Assembly (NCBI GenBank): GCA_010093705.1
Contig: MU006112.1
Coordinates: 186,001-250,000, forward strand
Direction: 5' to 3'
DNA from: Patellaria atrata CBS 101060
Lineage: Eukaryota
Length of the DNA: 64,000 nucleotides
Below are positions 25,227 through 36,411 of this stretch, in pieces. The notes below the pieces were generated by a model that searched no databases, was not told the DNA's origin, and saw only the letters and a list, made by a program, of their open reading frames with translations. The translations under genes and the position numbers were made by a program. Every line of letters begins with the position of its first letter. Position 1 is the first letter of the stretch.

Positions 25227-28014
25227 CTATTGCACGACCTAGGACGAAGTATTCAGCACTAGTCCGGCCATGTCGAAAGTATGAGTGGAGGGGGCGGGGG
25301 ACTAACCTTCTCCCTCAACAAACCCATCCATTGCTGATAACTGACGCTTTGGTCTGCTCTGTCCTCCACCAAGAGTGTTTGCGCCCATAGTTTCAAGCTT
25401 GGTTCTCCGTCTTCCCTGATGATGTATAACGGTGGGTAGATCCAACTGCCTACACTCTTCGCCTTATGATCCTTGCTCTTTTCAATAACAGCGCGTACCC
25501 GCTCGTTGAATTCGTTATCAAGAACTGGCATCGTTGTCTTCCCCTGTTTGACCGCATTACGGTCGTCAGTTCCAAATACATCTAGTAACAACGCAGGTAC
25601 TGCGTCTCTTCCAATCCAGAGGAATTGATTCTGTCCGTCATCTATAAGGTACAGACCATATGGAACGATTCGTTCTGAGGAGAGATTGAGAGCTGGAGGT
25701 AAAAGGATCTCTCCAGTCGTTTCATCGGGCACACCAGCACTATCTGGCATGTCGTGGAGTGAATAGAACTTTGGATGTATATACTGAATCAGAAGGTTGA
25801 GAGGTAGGGTAGAGAGTAGGCACAGGGCTGCAGATCTTAGATCACTTGGTATTTGTGCAGATTTCCGGAGTCCGACCTGAATAATGTTAGTTATATGTAT
25901 TGACAATTCCGTATTGTGTGGTCGACTTACATGCTTAATTAAACCTAAGAACAACAATGGTAGACCCCTGAGATTTTGTGGCAACTGGATTCCACCGCCG
26001 CCCATGTTCCCACCTGCCAGCTCCTTCTTGTAGGTCTGCATTATTTCAATAATCTTACCCTGTAGAGCCTCCCGAGCAGCTTCAAGCCCATTACCAAGGG
26101 CCCTCTCAACTGCCTTATGGCTGAAGTACGCTGTGATTGCCTGCTGATCTGCTGAGGCGTAGACGGCGGAAAGGATCTCTGTTGTAGGTAGTGCCAGTGT
26201 TAATACCCGTATCCTTCGTTCTCCATTGCATGTGGTGTGAAGGACCGCAGTTTGAAGGCATACGTAGGGTTTGGTGATAGTCTCATCTATTGCAACCTCG
26301 ACGACGTAGCTCTGATCGCGGGGGAATGCAGGGAATGCGCAAAGGTCCGAACTACGATTGAAGAAGTTTCCATAGAAGGTACTCATTCGAAGACCAGTAG
26401 TAGCCCGGACGCGAAGAACTGCTTCAAGACCTATCTCTGCAGAAAGGTAGTCGCTAAACTCACGAGCAAACATGATAGCATCTTCGCTCCTTGCCGCATT
26501 CCAACCAGGATAGAAAGTTGTTTGACCTCCAGTGTACCTTGGTAGATTACTGAGAGTAGCCACATCCTGATACTGTGAGGAAAATAGGAACATGTCGATA
26601 GAGATTTGAGCTTTCGAGCACTCCACGGCAAAGCTCTTGTAAAAGCTATTTGCAGTCTGTAAAAGAGTGCTTTCCTTGCTTGTACCAAGTACCTTTTTAT
26701 CTTCTCTCATTTCCAGCTTGCCGTATCCCATATTGGGGAGAGAAGCTGATAAGACGACCATTTTGCCTCCTACTGGAGAGATAAGCTTGTGACCAGAGCG
26801 CATTGCAGACCCCATAGCAGAGCCTGCATTTGTCGTATCTTGAAACATGGGCTGCAATTTGTTTAGGAAATTTTCAATGTTCGCCCGGCATTCTGAAAGA
26901 TTGACAAGAAGGTCTTCGGGGGTAGGCAGGAAAGGCTCGTCCAAATCACTGACAACTAGCATGGTAGGCTCAGACGCTTCACCGCCGTCACGTGGAATAG
27001 AAAAAAAGTGTAAGCTGGAATCAACCGCTATAAATCCCAGCCTTGTCCGGCGATCCGCATTAGGTATCCGATCAAGGCTTTCCAGAATGCATCTAGCACT
27101 CGTAGCCAGTAAGCCATTCGTAACTGCGGCGTAACTTACATCAAAAAGGAAAAGATAGACGAGAGGTTGAGGTGGCCGAACCATATATTCTTGAGGCGCG
27201 ACAAATTCCACGACGGAATAGTTCAGTTCAGGACGTTGCCACCGGTCAATAGCCTTCTGCGCTGTCGCATCCCAATCGAATGCCTGAGGGACGTCATTTG
27301 TAAGGTTGCACATGTTACATCTCCACCGATGCCCATGGTCTAGAAATGTAGCGAAGGAATTTATATAAGATCGACACCTCCGACATCTTGAAATGACCTG
27401 ATCTGGAACAACTGGAACAGGGTCCTCTGCATCGTGAAGTGATGTGTATGGCTGTATCACGAGCGCAAATGGAAGTTTACTTTTCTTAAGGAGGGAATGG
27501 GTTGTAGGTACTGTGTTCAATGTAGAGCGAACGTATTTAGGTGGACAATTGGCGTACGGAGATGGTGTTACGCTAGTCTGGGTATAAGGGATTAGCGTTT
27601 ATGATGGACGCGCCAGGAGAAATCGCAGATACTCACATTTGGAGGTAAATTGATAGGAGGAGGAGGTAGATCAAGCTCGCGGACATCGAATGGTTGGCTT
27701 AACAGATCACTCCCGTAGAGTTGGTTCAACTGTGAGGATGGCGCCTGCGCCGGTGGTTGCTGAATCGGTTGCTGCCCCGGAGCCAGAAGATTTGGTGACA
27801 AGGGTTGAGAATAGGAAGGCTGTTGATATGATGGCTGCTGCCCGCTTAGGCTCATCTGTGCGAACTGCGGTGCCAATCCATCTTGAACTGGTGCGTTTGT
27901 GGGAGGTTGCATAGATGGAGTCCCTGCGGCATTTCCGCCAAAGTCGTAAGCCTGAGCAGCGTAGGCACGCTTCTTTTTGTGACCAGCTTGACCCGCCGCG
28001 CCATCGTATTCCAT
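25227..28014 (-). CDS. sec24: COPII coat cargo adaptor Sec24 (Sec24A/B type)
   Basis: Zinc finger [10 protein letters not shown]...[30 protein letters not shown], vWA/trunk domain, [16 protein letters not shown] and gelsolin-like C-terminus. Introns near 27636-27577, at 25930-25877, and before terminal VVQ*. The 5' end could extend further. Confidence 0.95.
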
Positions 28015-29899
28015 CTTCGATTATATCACCGTCGAAGTCAGGGATAGCTATAGCAGTGGTTGGGGAGGGAATGATTGTGGTGGAGCAGGATAAGCGAGGA
28101 TCTGGGAATCAGCTACTTAAAAGTTGCCATCCGGTGCCGACGAAAAGGAGCAGATCTGAGAGTCAGTCAATTAAAGAGAAAGTAAATGCGAGAAGAGGTT
28201 CGAGTCGTTCTAAAAGATATGGAATGTTGCAGCCTTGAATTCATAAAATCCATAGTTTCACCCGCAAAGAGTATGTGTTCAGAAGATGCCGCAGCGGATC
28301 CGGAATAACGAAAAACCGGTCCTCAACTCTCCAGCGGTAGGAGATCTTCACCGACTTCAATTTTCAAGCTGAGAATTGCCAACTTTGGTCTTGATATTCG
28401 CTATGAGCAACCGGCCGTAGAGATCCCTTGTCCAGAATATGGTGATCATAGTACATACTGCTTGAGAAACATATTATACCACCTTGTAAAAGTCTTCTCA
28501 TTCTCCCCCTTTCTCCTGATAACTGCTCATTGTCCACCTTTCCCTATGCATCAAGGACTGAAATCCCATCTGTCTCTTTCAAGTATATACTGTCCGCCAT
28601 TCAATGATTGATCTAACCTGTCTGTTCACACTGAATGTTGGTGATAAAGACCGATTGCGAATACAGCATCAATTCTATCCGTTCCAGGATGATTAAACTA
28701 CCATATACGAATTATGGAAATTAAGATATCTGATGCTCCTTACGGAAGCTTTTACGGACGTAAGTGCCCCAGAGATGGTAATACTGAAGTATTAAGTTAC
28801 CGACAGATATTCTACTTTCATCAAGTCTAGTTCTCAACACCATGTCCATAAAAGACTCTTCACAGCAGGACTAGATGAGATAACTGATGACCAGATTAGT
28901 TGTAAGCAGTTAGTCTAGACCTTGAATATGACTGTTAACCATAAGCGAGACCGAAAAGCGAATGTGAATCGGCTTTCTGAATGGACACTAGGGATGTGGT
29001 GAATAAGCTTCAATCTAGCAGATCAGATTTTCCGAGTTACTCCATATACACCTTATATCATACGATATTAGCCAAATGATAGTACTTTGAGGAGCTTATA
29101 CAGAGTATGAGTCTAGAAAAATGTTGAGCTACAAAAGTATATTCCACCAGAACAAATATTTTGACTCACATTGCTCCATGATAGCAAACAACTGCTGAAC
29201 AGTATACACGTGTGAAGATCTAGTATGACTTTGTCTGAAGTGTGTAAACACCTAGAGTCAGCTAGCAACAAGGAAACTGAGGTTCCCTCACCAGCTTTAT
29301 GCACGTGTGCTTACATAACTTACTCATGGACGGGAAAGCCAATTGCAATCATCCGAGCTATTTGAGCTAGACTAAAAGCATTCACCGAGTTAAGATGGGA
29401 TTCAGCTTGATCATAACTACTTTCATTGTGAGCTTCTTTTTGAAATCCAGACCGTTGATTATGACATGCAATTGTCTTGAGTATTATGTATACTTTGTTT
29501 CATCAATTCGGCCCGTAGTCTCACGGCAATCACTTCGTTTAGTCCTAAATCTCTTGTTCTGTAGTGACTTATATAAGCCTACTACCGCAACTCGCAATTG
29601 ATGCCTATCCTTAACATATCACGATGCCTGAATACCCTCCACACCCTACTCAAGAGCAAAATGCTGAAGTTATCAATCTCTCTCCTGTTCCCCTCGACGA
29701 TGTCCCCAATGGTCAACCGGGGAGTTCGTATCTGCAATATCAGTATGATGGGACTACGTACTATTATACATCCAAGCAAGCAATTGAACAATGCTGATGG
29801 ACCACATATAGAATTGAGCGGAACTCGAAGGTATGGCATACGGAAGTCGAAGGCCCAGAAAATCCAAGCCAACACATAATATCTGAAGACTGGCAACGC

Positions 29900-31897
29900 T
29901 TGTTCTACTTAGCCGATACGATTCGTCAACAAAACAGTTCGAATGGTTCACTTTCTCACTTCAGAACTACCGATGAGTATTCATTAGAGAACTTTTCTGC
30001 ACTGGAAAGCAATGCTCCTTCCCTGTCTGGCTCATCTGACCAGTCTATGGACGAGAACGTATCGTCAGCTTTCGACTCCATCAATACTGGAACAACTGAC
30101 ATCAATGGCTTTCTACCAGACCATGCTTTATGGCACGCAGACAACTGGATTAGGACCCTACCCTCTCCACCCATTGGAGCCGATACAAGTGTAGCAATGC
30201 ATCACACGTTTCCGATACTGGACACTGAGCAGAACGGTGCTATTGACTTCCCATCGATGAACGCTCAAGAGTCTACCTTCAGCAGCTTAACAGGAACCCC
30301 GGAGGCTGAACATGACCTCAGTTCGCTATTGGAGTACCAAATCACTGACCCTGATATCGGTTATGCTCAATCGTTCCCGGTTACGGGTAATGAGCAAGCA
30401 GCTGCGGCGGATATGTGGCTCAACGGGACTGGAGACTACATCTCTTTAAATCATTCACCAGGCACGGATTACGCGATCCAATTTCCCGACCTCTATAGCC
30501 CCTTACCGACCCTCGATCTTCCTCATGGGCAACTTGTACCGCACGTTAACCGGTTGAACTTAGACATAACAGCGAACAATAAAGTCCAAAAGGAAGCTGC
30601 GGAAGGAATATCTGAGAGAGAGGGGTCTCTTACTCGTAATGCCCATACGAGTCCACTTAAAATCGTGCAACAAGACGGCAAAGGCAATATCACAGCGAAC
30701 GCAGAACTAGCCCGACCAGCTGGTGGCCGAAGGGGTCCCTTACCCAAGCACAAGATTAAGTCAATCACCAAGACACGAAGGGAGAAGTCAGTATGCATCA
30801 AATGTCGATTGAGCAAAGTATCCTGCACCGGAGGTAGTCCATGTGAACGATGTCGTAACATCTCGCGAGCTACAGTTTGGGAGCAACCATGTCTCAAGGC
30901 TCATTTTCATGAGATTGTCCGCAGTGGAGCATGTAACTATGTCTCTCAGCGACAGATACATCATCTTACATCTGATGGCAACAGCCGAGTTAATATGCCG
31001 ATTGCAGATACTTTTGCGTTAGGTGATTTACTGTCCCAACTCGAGAACAAACAGGATCAATTCAACATTCGCGCCCGGTCCCTATGTTCATGTGGACCTT
31101 TATATACTCTAGATCTCTCAAAAACCTACCGCTTTCTTTCGAGGATACAACGCCGTCACAACATCTCACGCGACATCAAACTTCAAGACTTTATCAACAC
31201 CATGCTCCACGACTCGACCGGATGGCAAAAATGCATCGACGAACCGAACAACACAGCGGACGTTCTGGTAAGTACCAACCATGCCATTCCCACACAGAGC
31301 GAAACTGACCCTTGGCCCCAGAATCTCCTTTTCTGGTGGACCACCATGCCCAGCCGGGCAATCTACGACCGCGTTCCCCTCTCCACCACCTCAGCTCCCG
31401 AACTTATGGACATCGAAGATTCCGCCCAAACTTCCGATATCCTCCTCGCCGCCCAACTATCCCGCATCATCATCCGCGCCCTAGAACTCCAAGCCTTCGA
31501 AACCCTACAAAAGAACCTCAACGCCTCCGCAACGTCCGGCGCGGGGGATCTCCCAAAACTGGTCAGACAACTCGGCCGTCTGCTCCTGACACTACGGTGG
31601 CGCGTCGCGTGGTGGAAGCTGTATGGCGATGGTAGCGGGACGGATGAGGAGGCTAAGATGCCGTTTGTGGAGAGGGCGGAGGAGTTGGTTAAGGTGCTGT
31701 ACTTTTACTATTGGGGAGCACGAAGGAAGTTGCCGAGTTGGGTGGACGAGGGAGAAAGGGGTTTCGTGCAGAGCTGTTATGGGGATGCGAGGTTTGTGGC
31801 TGATCGGTTGCCGGGGAAGGGGACGATTGAGGGGTTTGAGGCGTGGATGAGGGAGGGGGAGGGTCTAGTGGAGGAGACGAAGGCAGTGCAGAAATAG
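29900..31897 (+). CDS. Zn2Cys6 (Gal4-type) zinc-cluster protein with an internal DNA-binding domain; 5' exons unresolved
   Basis: CIKCRLSKVSCTGGSPCERC..C at ~30794-30892 preceded by GRRGPL..K; 54-nt in-frame intron 31268-31321; C-terminal LLLTLRWRVAWW. Candidate upstream exons at 29623-29830 could not be spliced unambiguously by eye. Confidence 0.75.
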   Translation: MFYLADTIRQQNSSNGSLSHFRTTDEYSLENFSALESNAPSLSGSSDQSMDENVSSAFDSINTGTTDINGFLPDHALWHADNWIRTLPSPPIGADTSVAMHHTFPILDTEQNGAIDFPSMNAQESTFSSLTGTPEAEHDLSSLLEYQITDPDIGYAQSFPVTGNEQAAAADMWLNGTGDYISLNHSPGTDYAIQFPDLYSPLPTLDLPHGQLVPHVNRLNLDITANNKVQKEAAEGISEREGSLTRNAHTSPLKIVQQDGKGNITANAELARPAGGRRGPLPKHKIKSITKTRREKSVCIKCRLSKVSCTGGSPCERCRNISRATVWEQPCLKAHFHEIVRSGACNYVSQRQIHHLTSDGNSRVNMPIADTFALGDLLSQLENKQDQFNIRARSLCSCGPLYTLDLSKTYRFLSRIQRRHNISRDIKLQDFINTMLHDSTGWQKCIDEPNNTADVLVSTNHAIPTQSETDPWPQNLLFWWTTMPSRAIYDRVPLSTTSAPELMDIEDSAQTSDILLAAQLSRIIIRALELQAFETLQKNLNASATSGAGDLPKLVRQLGRLLLTLRWRVAWWKLYGDGSGTDEEAKMPFVERAEELVKVLYFYYWGARRKLPSWVDEGERGFVQSCYGDARFVADRLPGKGTIEGFEAWMREGEGLVEETKAVQK

Positions 31898-32000
31898 TTG
31901 TAGCGGTAATAGGGACGTGCTACTTCTGGATCTAAGACGCTTCAACATTGGTATAATTTTATCTCCACCAGTTCAATATATTCAATATATCCGACGACTC

Positions 32001-34386
32001 TCATCGCACCTTGTTGTTTCCATCATCTTCTTCATCTGTTGCCACATCATCACCCTCTAGAAACTTCATCTCCTGCGCACTCCATAACTCGGAATATACC
32101 CCCTGTCTATCAATCAGCTTATCATGTGTTCCGCTCTCGGCGACTTGGCCTTCCCTCAAAACGATAATGAGGTCGCTATCGTAGATCGTGCGCAGCCTGT
32201 GCGCCACGAAAACAGATGTTCGGCCTTTCTCCTTCAATATACTGTTGATGTTCGACAAAAGTGCTGCCTCGGTATGCGTATCTAACGCCGAAGTCTATAA
32301 ATCATCAGAATTTGTACAAACCTACAGCAGATGAGACAACTTACAGCCTCATCAAAGAAAAGCAACGGCGGATCCTTGAGAATTAGTCGGGATATTGCGA
32401 GCCGTTGCTTCTCCCCTCCGGAGATCATCATCCCGCGCTCGCCAACCTTCGTCTTATATCCGTCCGGGAAGGACGTAATAATATCATGGACCTGTGCTCT
32501 CTTAGCCGCAGCATGAACCTCCTCCAGTGTCGCTTGCATATTTCCATAATGAATATTATGCTCGATATCATTGTTGAACAGCGGCGTATCTTGCGGTACT
32601 ACTCCAATCGCCTTCCTAAGGCTATCGATACTCACGTCGCGGATGTCTTGTCCATCGATTAGGATGCGGCCTTCCTGGACGTCGTAGGAGCGGAAGAGAA
32701 GCCGGAGGATCGTGGATTTTCCGCACCCACTGGGACCTACGACCGCGACCTTCTTGCCGGCAGGGATGGTTAGGTTCAGGTTTTTCAGGATGGGACGATG
32801 GGGTCGGTAACCGAAAGTCACATTTTCAAACTTGATCTCTCCACCTGTAAGACGGAGTGGTTGAGCGTTCGGTTTCTCTTTAATTGTCACGTTGACTTTT
32901 TGGAGGTTGAAGAGGGTCTCCATGTCGAGTAGACTCTGTCGGAGTTCACGGTATACGGAACCCAGGAAGTTCAGGGGAACGGAGAGTTGGAAGACCAGTT
33001 GATTAACCATGACGAGATCTCCAACAGTGAGATTCCCATTAACGACACCGTCGGCCGCGAGGTACATCATCGCTGTAAGGGCGCTGGAGAAGATAATGTT
33101 CTGGCCCGAGTTGAGCAAGGCTAGGGATGTTGCGACTTTGATTGAAGCCTTTTCATAGGATTGTAGGGCCTTGTCATAACGCCCGGCCTCATACTTCTCG
33201 TTATTGAAATACTAGGGATATTAGTGTAATAGGGATTTATCGGAAGAATATATATACCTTAACCGCTTCATAGTTTATAAGAGAGTCCACAGCTACCGTG
33301 GCTGCTTTATTGTCGGCGGCATTTGCCTGTTTACGAAATTTTGTCCGCCAGGAAGTAGTTAAAATTGTGAAAGCAGAATATGCTATCATTGTTGTCCCAG
33401 TTATGATAGCGAATTTTGCGCCATAATTGTATGTCTATAAAAATGAGTGTTTGCTACTTATACCATTAGCGGATACTCACCAGTATACCGCAGACCATGG
33501 TTATTTCCAAGGCTGTGGGAATAATGTGGAAAACCATAGAGGTCAATAGAAAGCTAATCCCTTTTGTACCCCTATCAATGGCACGAGTGAGGCCACCGGT
33601 TTGACGGGAGAGGTGGAAGTTGAGGTCTAGTCTGAGGAGATGCTCGTAAACACTTCCAGCAACCCGGCGGATAGCTTTTTGAGCAACACTTGCAAAGACA
33701 GCATTTCTTAATTCCTGTGCCAAGGTCGCTCCTATTCGGGTCACACCATCTAGGGAAGTCAGATACAACGCGGCTCATCACGATTGAACCTACGCACATG
33801 CAAATATCATTGACCCTGCAACGGTTGCTGCTGTACCCCCAACAGCGGCAAAATCAATGTTCATAGCATCAACTATGTTCTTAAAATAGAATGGAACTTG
33901 CACATTTAGTACCTAGCTATCATCAATGGAAGGCTATCTGGTAGGGTCTAAGAACGAATTCACCTTTGCACCGATGAGCAGTCCAACAGAGAGACCAACA
34001 CGTAGTCTTGTGCCTAAGTTATCTTTTGGCCAGAGGTACTTGCCCATCTCCTTCAAAATCGCCCAATCAGCCTTTCTCTGCTCCTTATTCGAGACGTTTT
34101 TCTCCAGAAGCAACGGGTCATCCCCCGCAGCTGTAGCAGGTTTCGCCTTTTGAACATCTTCTGGTTTTACGCTCTCTTTCGCCTCAGGTTTCTTATCTGC
34201 CTCCTGTTGTATGGCCTGTATCCTTGGATCATCTTTCCTATGACGAGGGGTAGTCGTGAATACACGTGTGGAAGTCTGGGGTAATAGAGAGTATCGTGCT
34301 GGACTCCAGAACCTAGTTATCGTAGACCTTGCTCTTGTCGGAGACGGTGCAAAGCACACATTCTGCAATAGCCCGCTCTTTATCAT
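32001..34386 (-). CDS. atm1: Mitochondrial ABC half-transporter Atm1 (ABCB7; Fe-S precursor export), multi-exon
   Basis: Basic presequence, [54 protein letters not shown], Walker [26 protein letters not shown] and VAHRLRTI. Confidence 0.96.
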
Positions 34387-34699
34387 CTTGATGATCGATG
34401 TTATAGAGCGCAGCGTTTTCAGGTTCCTGGTAGCTGCAATTGCATCTTTCTACGGATGTAGACTGGCAACCCTGATGGTCGAGTGGACCTCACATACGCA
34501 AGGCCTAATACGAGATTCTCCACCAAACCGGTGTACATGTATATGGTTTTAAGCTCAAGGGGTTGGGACGGGAAGCCAGTTGATAGCTCGTCATCCGATT
34601 GCCGGATCGCAAGCTTCAGCCCTACGGAGCAAAGTGCGGCGGGGGCAGCTTCGCGCAACCAAGCTTGGGACAGGTTGACAGACGACTTCCAATTCCGCA

Positions 34700-36115
34700 A
34701 TGTCACAAATTTCGCGAAGCTCCTTAAGGAGCTTTCGCAATGTTGTTCGATCTCAGAGATCAAAAGGAAGCTCAATTGAGCGTAGACTTCTACAGATTCA
34801 TGCGACACCTTCCGCCTCATCACCCACAATCGACCAGGAGTCTGGAAATGGCACTTCCACATCAATTCCAGGTACTACTCATTCTCTCCTCTCAGTTATC
34901 ACCTATTGACCCGTTATAGATGCTCGTTTTGAGGTCCTAGGCTCTCCATACTCGCTTCTTTCGGTCTCTCTCTCTGCATCACAGAATCTTTATACTAGGA
35001 AAGGATCATTAGTTGGATTAAGTGGGAAGGCAGAAAATGTACGTGCTATCAATCAATGTGATATCAACAGATCTGAACATAGAGAAGACTATCTCCACTC
35101 TCTCAATACTCGAACCTTTCCGGCGATCTTTACTTGGTATACCCTTCCTTTACCAGAAGGTACCTGTAATCTTACATCTATTTGTAAACGGGTTATTCAC
35201 ATAAGCAGATTTCGTCAACGAGCCCTATTTCAGCCTTAATATCAACGAAATCCCCCATATCATCATTCGCCGTAGTACATCTCGACGGTCGTCTAGATTG
35301 GATAGTCGCGCAACGACAGGCGCTACTAGCATGGACAGGCCACACACTCAAAGTGTCTCCAAAACTAAACACTCAATTGGTATGGTTAAATTGGTTGATC
35401 CATACGGGACGAGCGCTAACTATTGAAGAGTTTGGCTCATTGGGGTAACTCCCATGTTTCTGGAAGAGGTCTCGTCGGTTTAGCGGGAAAGGGCCAAATA
35501 TATCAGATCGCCTTGAAGGCGGGCGAGCAATATGTTGCACATCCTGGGTGAGTGTAGCAACTACCTAATTCACAATTCCGTACTAATGCTTTCTATAGTA
35601 ACGTTATTGCATACACCTTAAATCAACGCCCTCCTCTACCGTACCGTTTCAAGTCGACATCTTTCCGTCTACAACTACCATCGGTTAGCACTTGGCTACC
35701 AGATACGAAGTTCTTTAGGGAGTTGCGCCATACTCAAACTTGGAAGAATCTCAGCCAGTTCCTCTTCACCTTGAGGACATGGGCGCGGCGGACCATTTGG
35801 GGAGACAGAGTAAGTAGCTTGTTCTCCTTGATTCAAACTCTTCTGACCCATATCTAGCTATTTCTTCAATTCACTGGTCCAAATACTATTCTACTGCAAT
35901 CTCGAGGCTCTCGCCTCAGGGATGTACTCACAACAAGGGACGTCAATGAGATTGCAGATAGTCCTGCTGGCGCCGTCCAGTCTGCGGTAACCTTGGATCT
36001 TCGGAAAGAGAGCGGTCATGGATCCACCTCTACTTCTACTCCTCCAAGTGCCTCTACACGAGCTGTTTATGCGACAGTTGGGAGTGGTGGTAAAGTTCGG
36101 TTCGGGAATTCGTGA
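34700..36115 (+). CDS. aim24: Mitochondrial Aim24 (altered inheritance of mitochondria 24), 7 short exons
   Basis: Manual splicing gives an Arg/Ser-rich presequence, then [137 protein letters not shown]; stop TGA at 36113-36115. Confidence 0.88.
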
Positions 36116-36315
36116 TTACTATTGTACTGTACTGTACCTGGAGATATTCTGTAATATTATTGTAAAGTAGGAATCAAAATAATATGTCATTATACTCATT
36201 TCGTTTTCCAGTATTAGACAATCTTTTTCTCCATTTCGACAGAACTTTTCGAAAGAAAGCATCACCGCATTTGATTGGTGGGTTCTCTGCACATGAGTGC
36301 GTATTTGCCAAGAAA

Positions 36316-36327
36316 ACGCGTCGCGTT
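36316..36327. promoter_or_regulatory. Tandem MCB elements (ACGCGTCGCGTT) ~90 bp upstream of rad54
   Basis: ACGCGT overlapping an inverted ACGCGA; DNA repair and S-phase genes are typical MBF targets in fungi. Confidence 0.55.
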
Positions 36328-36411
36328 GTGGCGAGCGCTCATATCACTTACCAAAGCTCCTGTAGCAACAACAATTTCCAAGAACAGCTTTTGCTCGCCG
36401 TATTACCTGAG

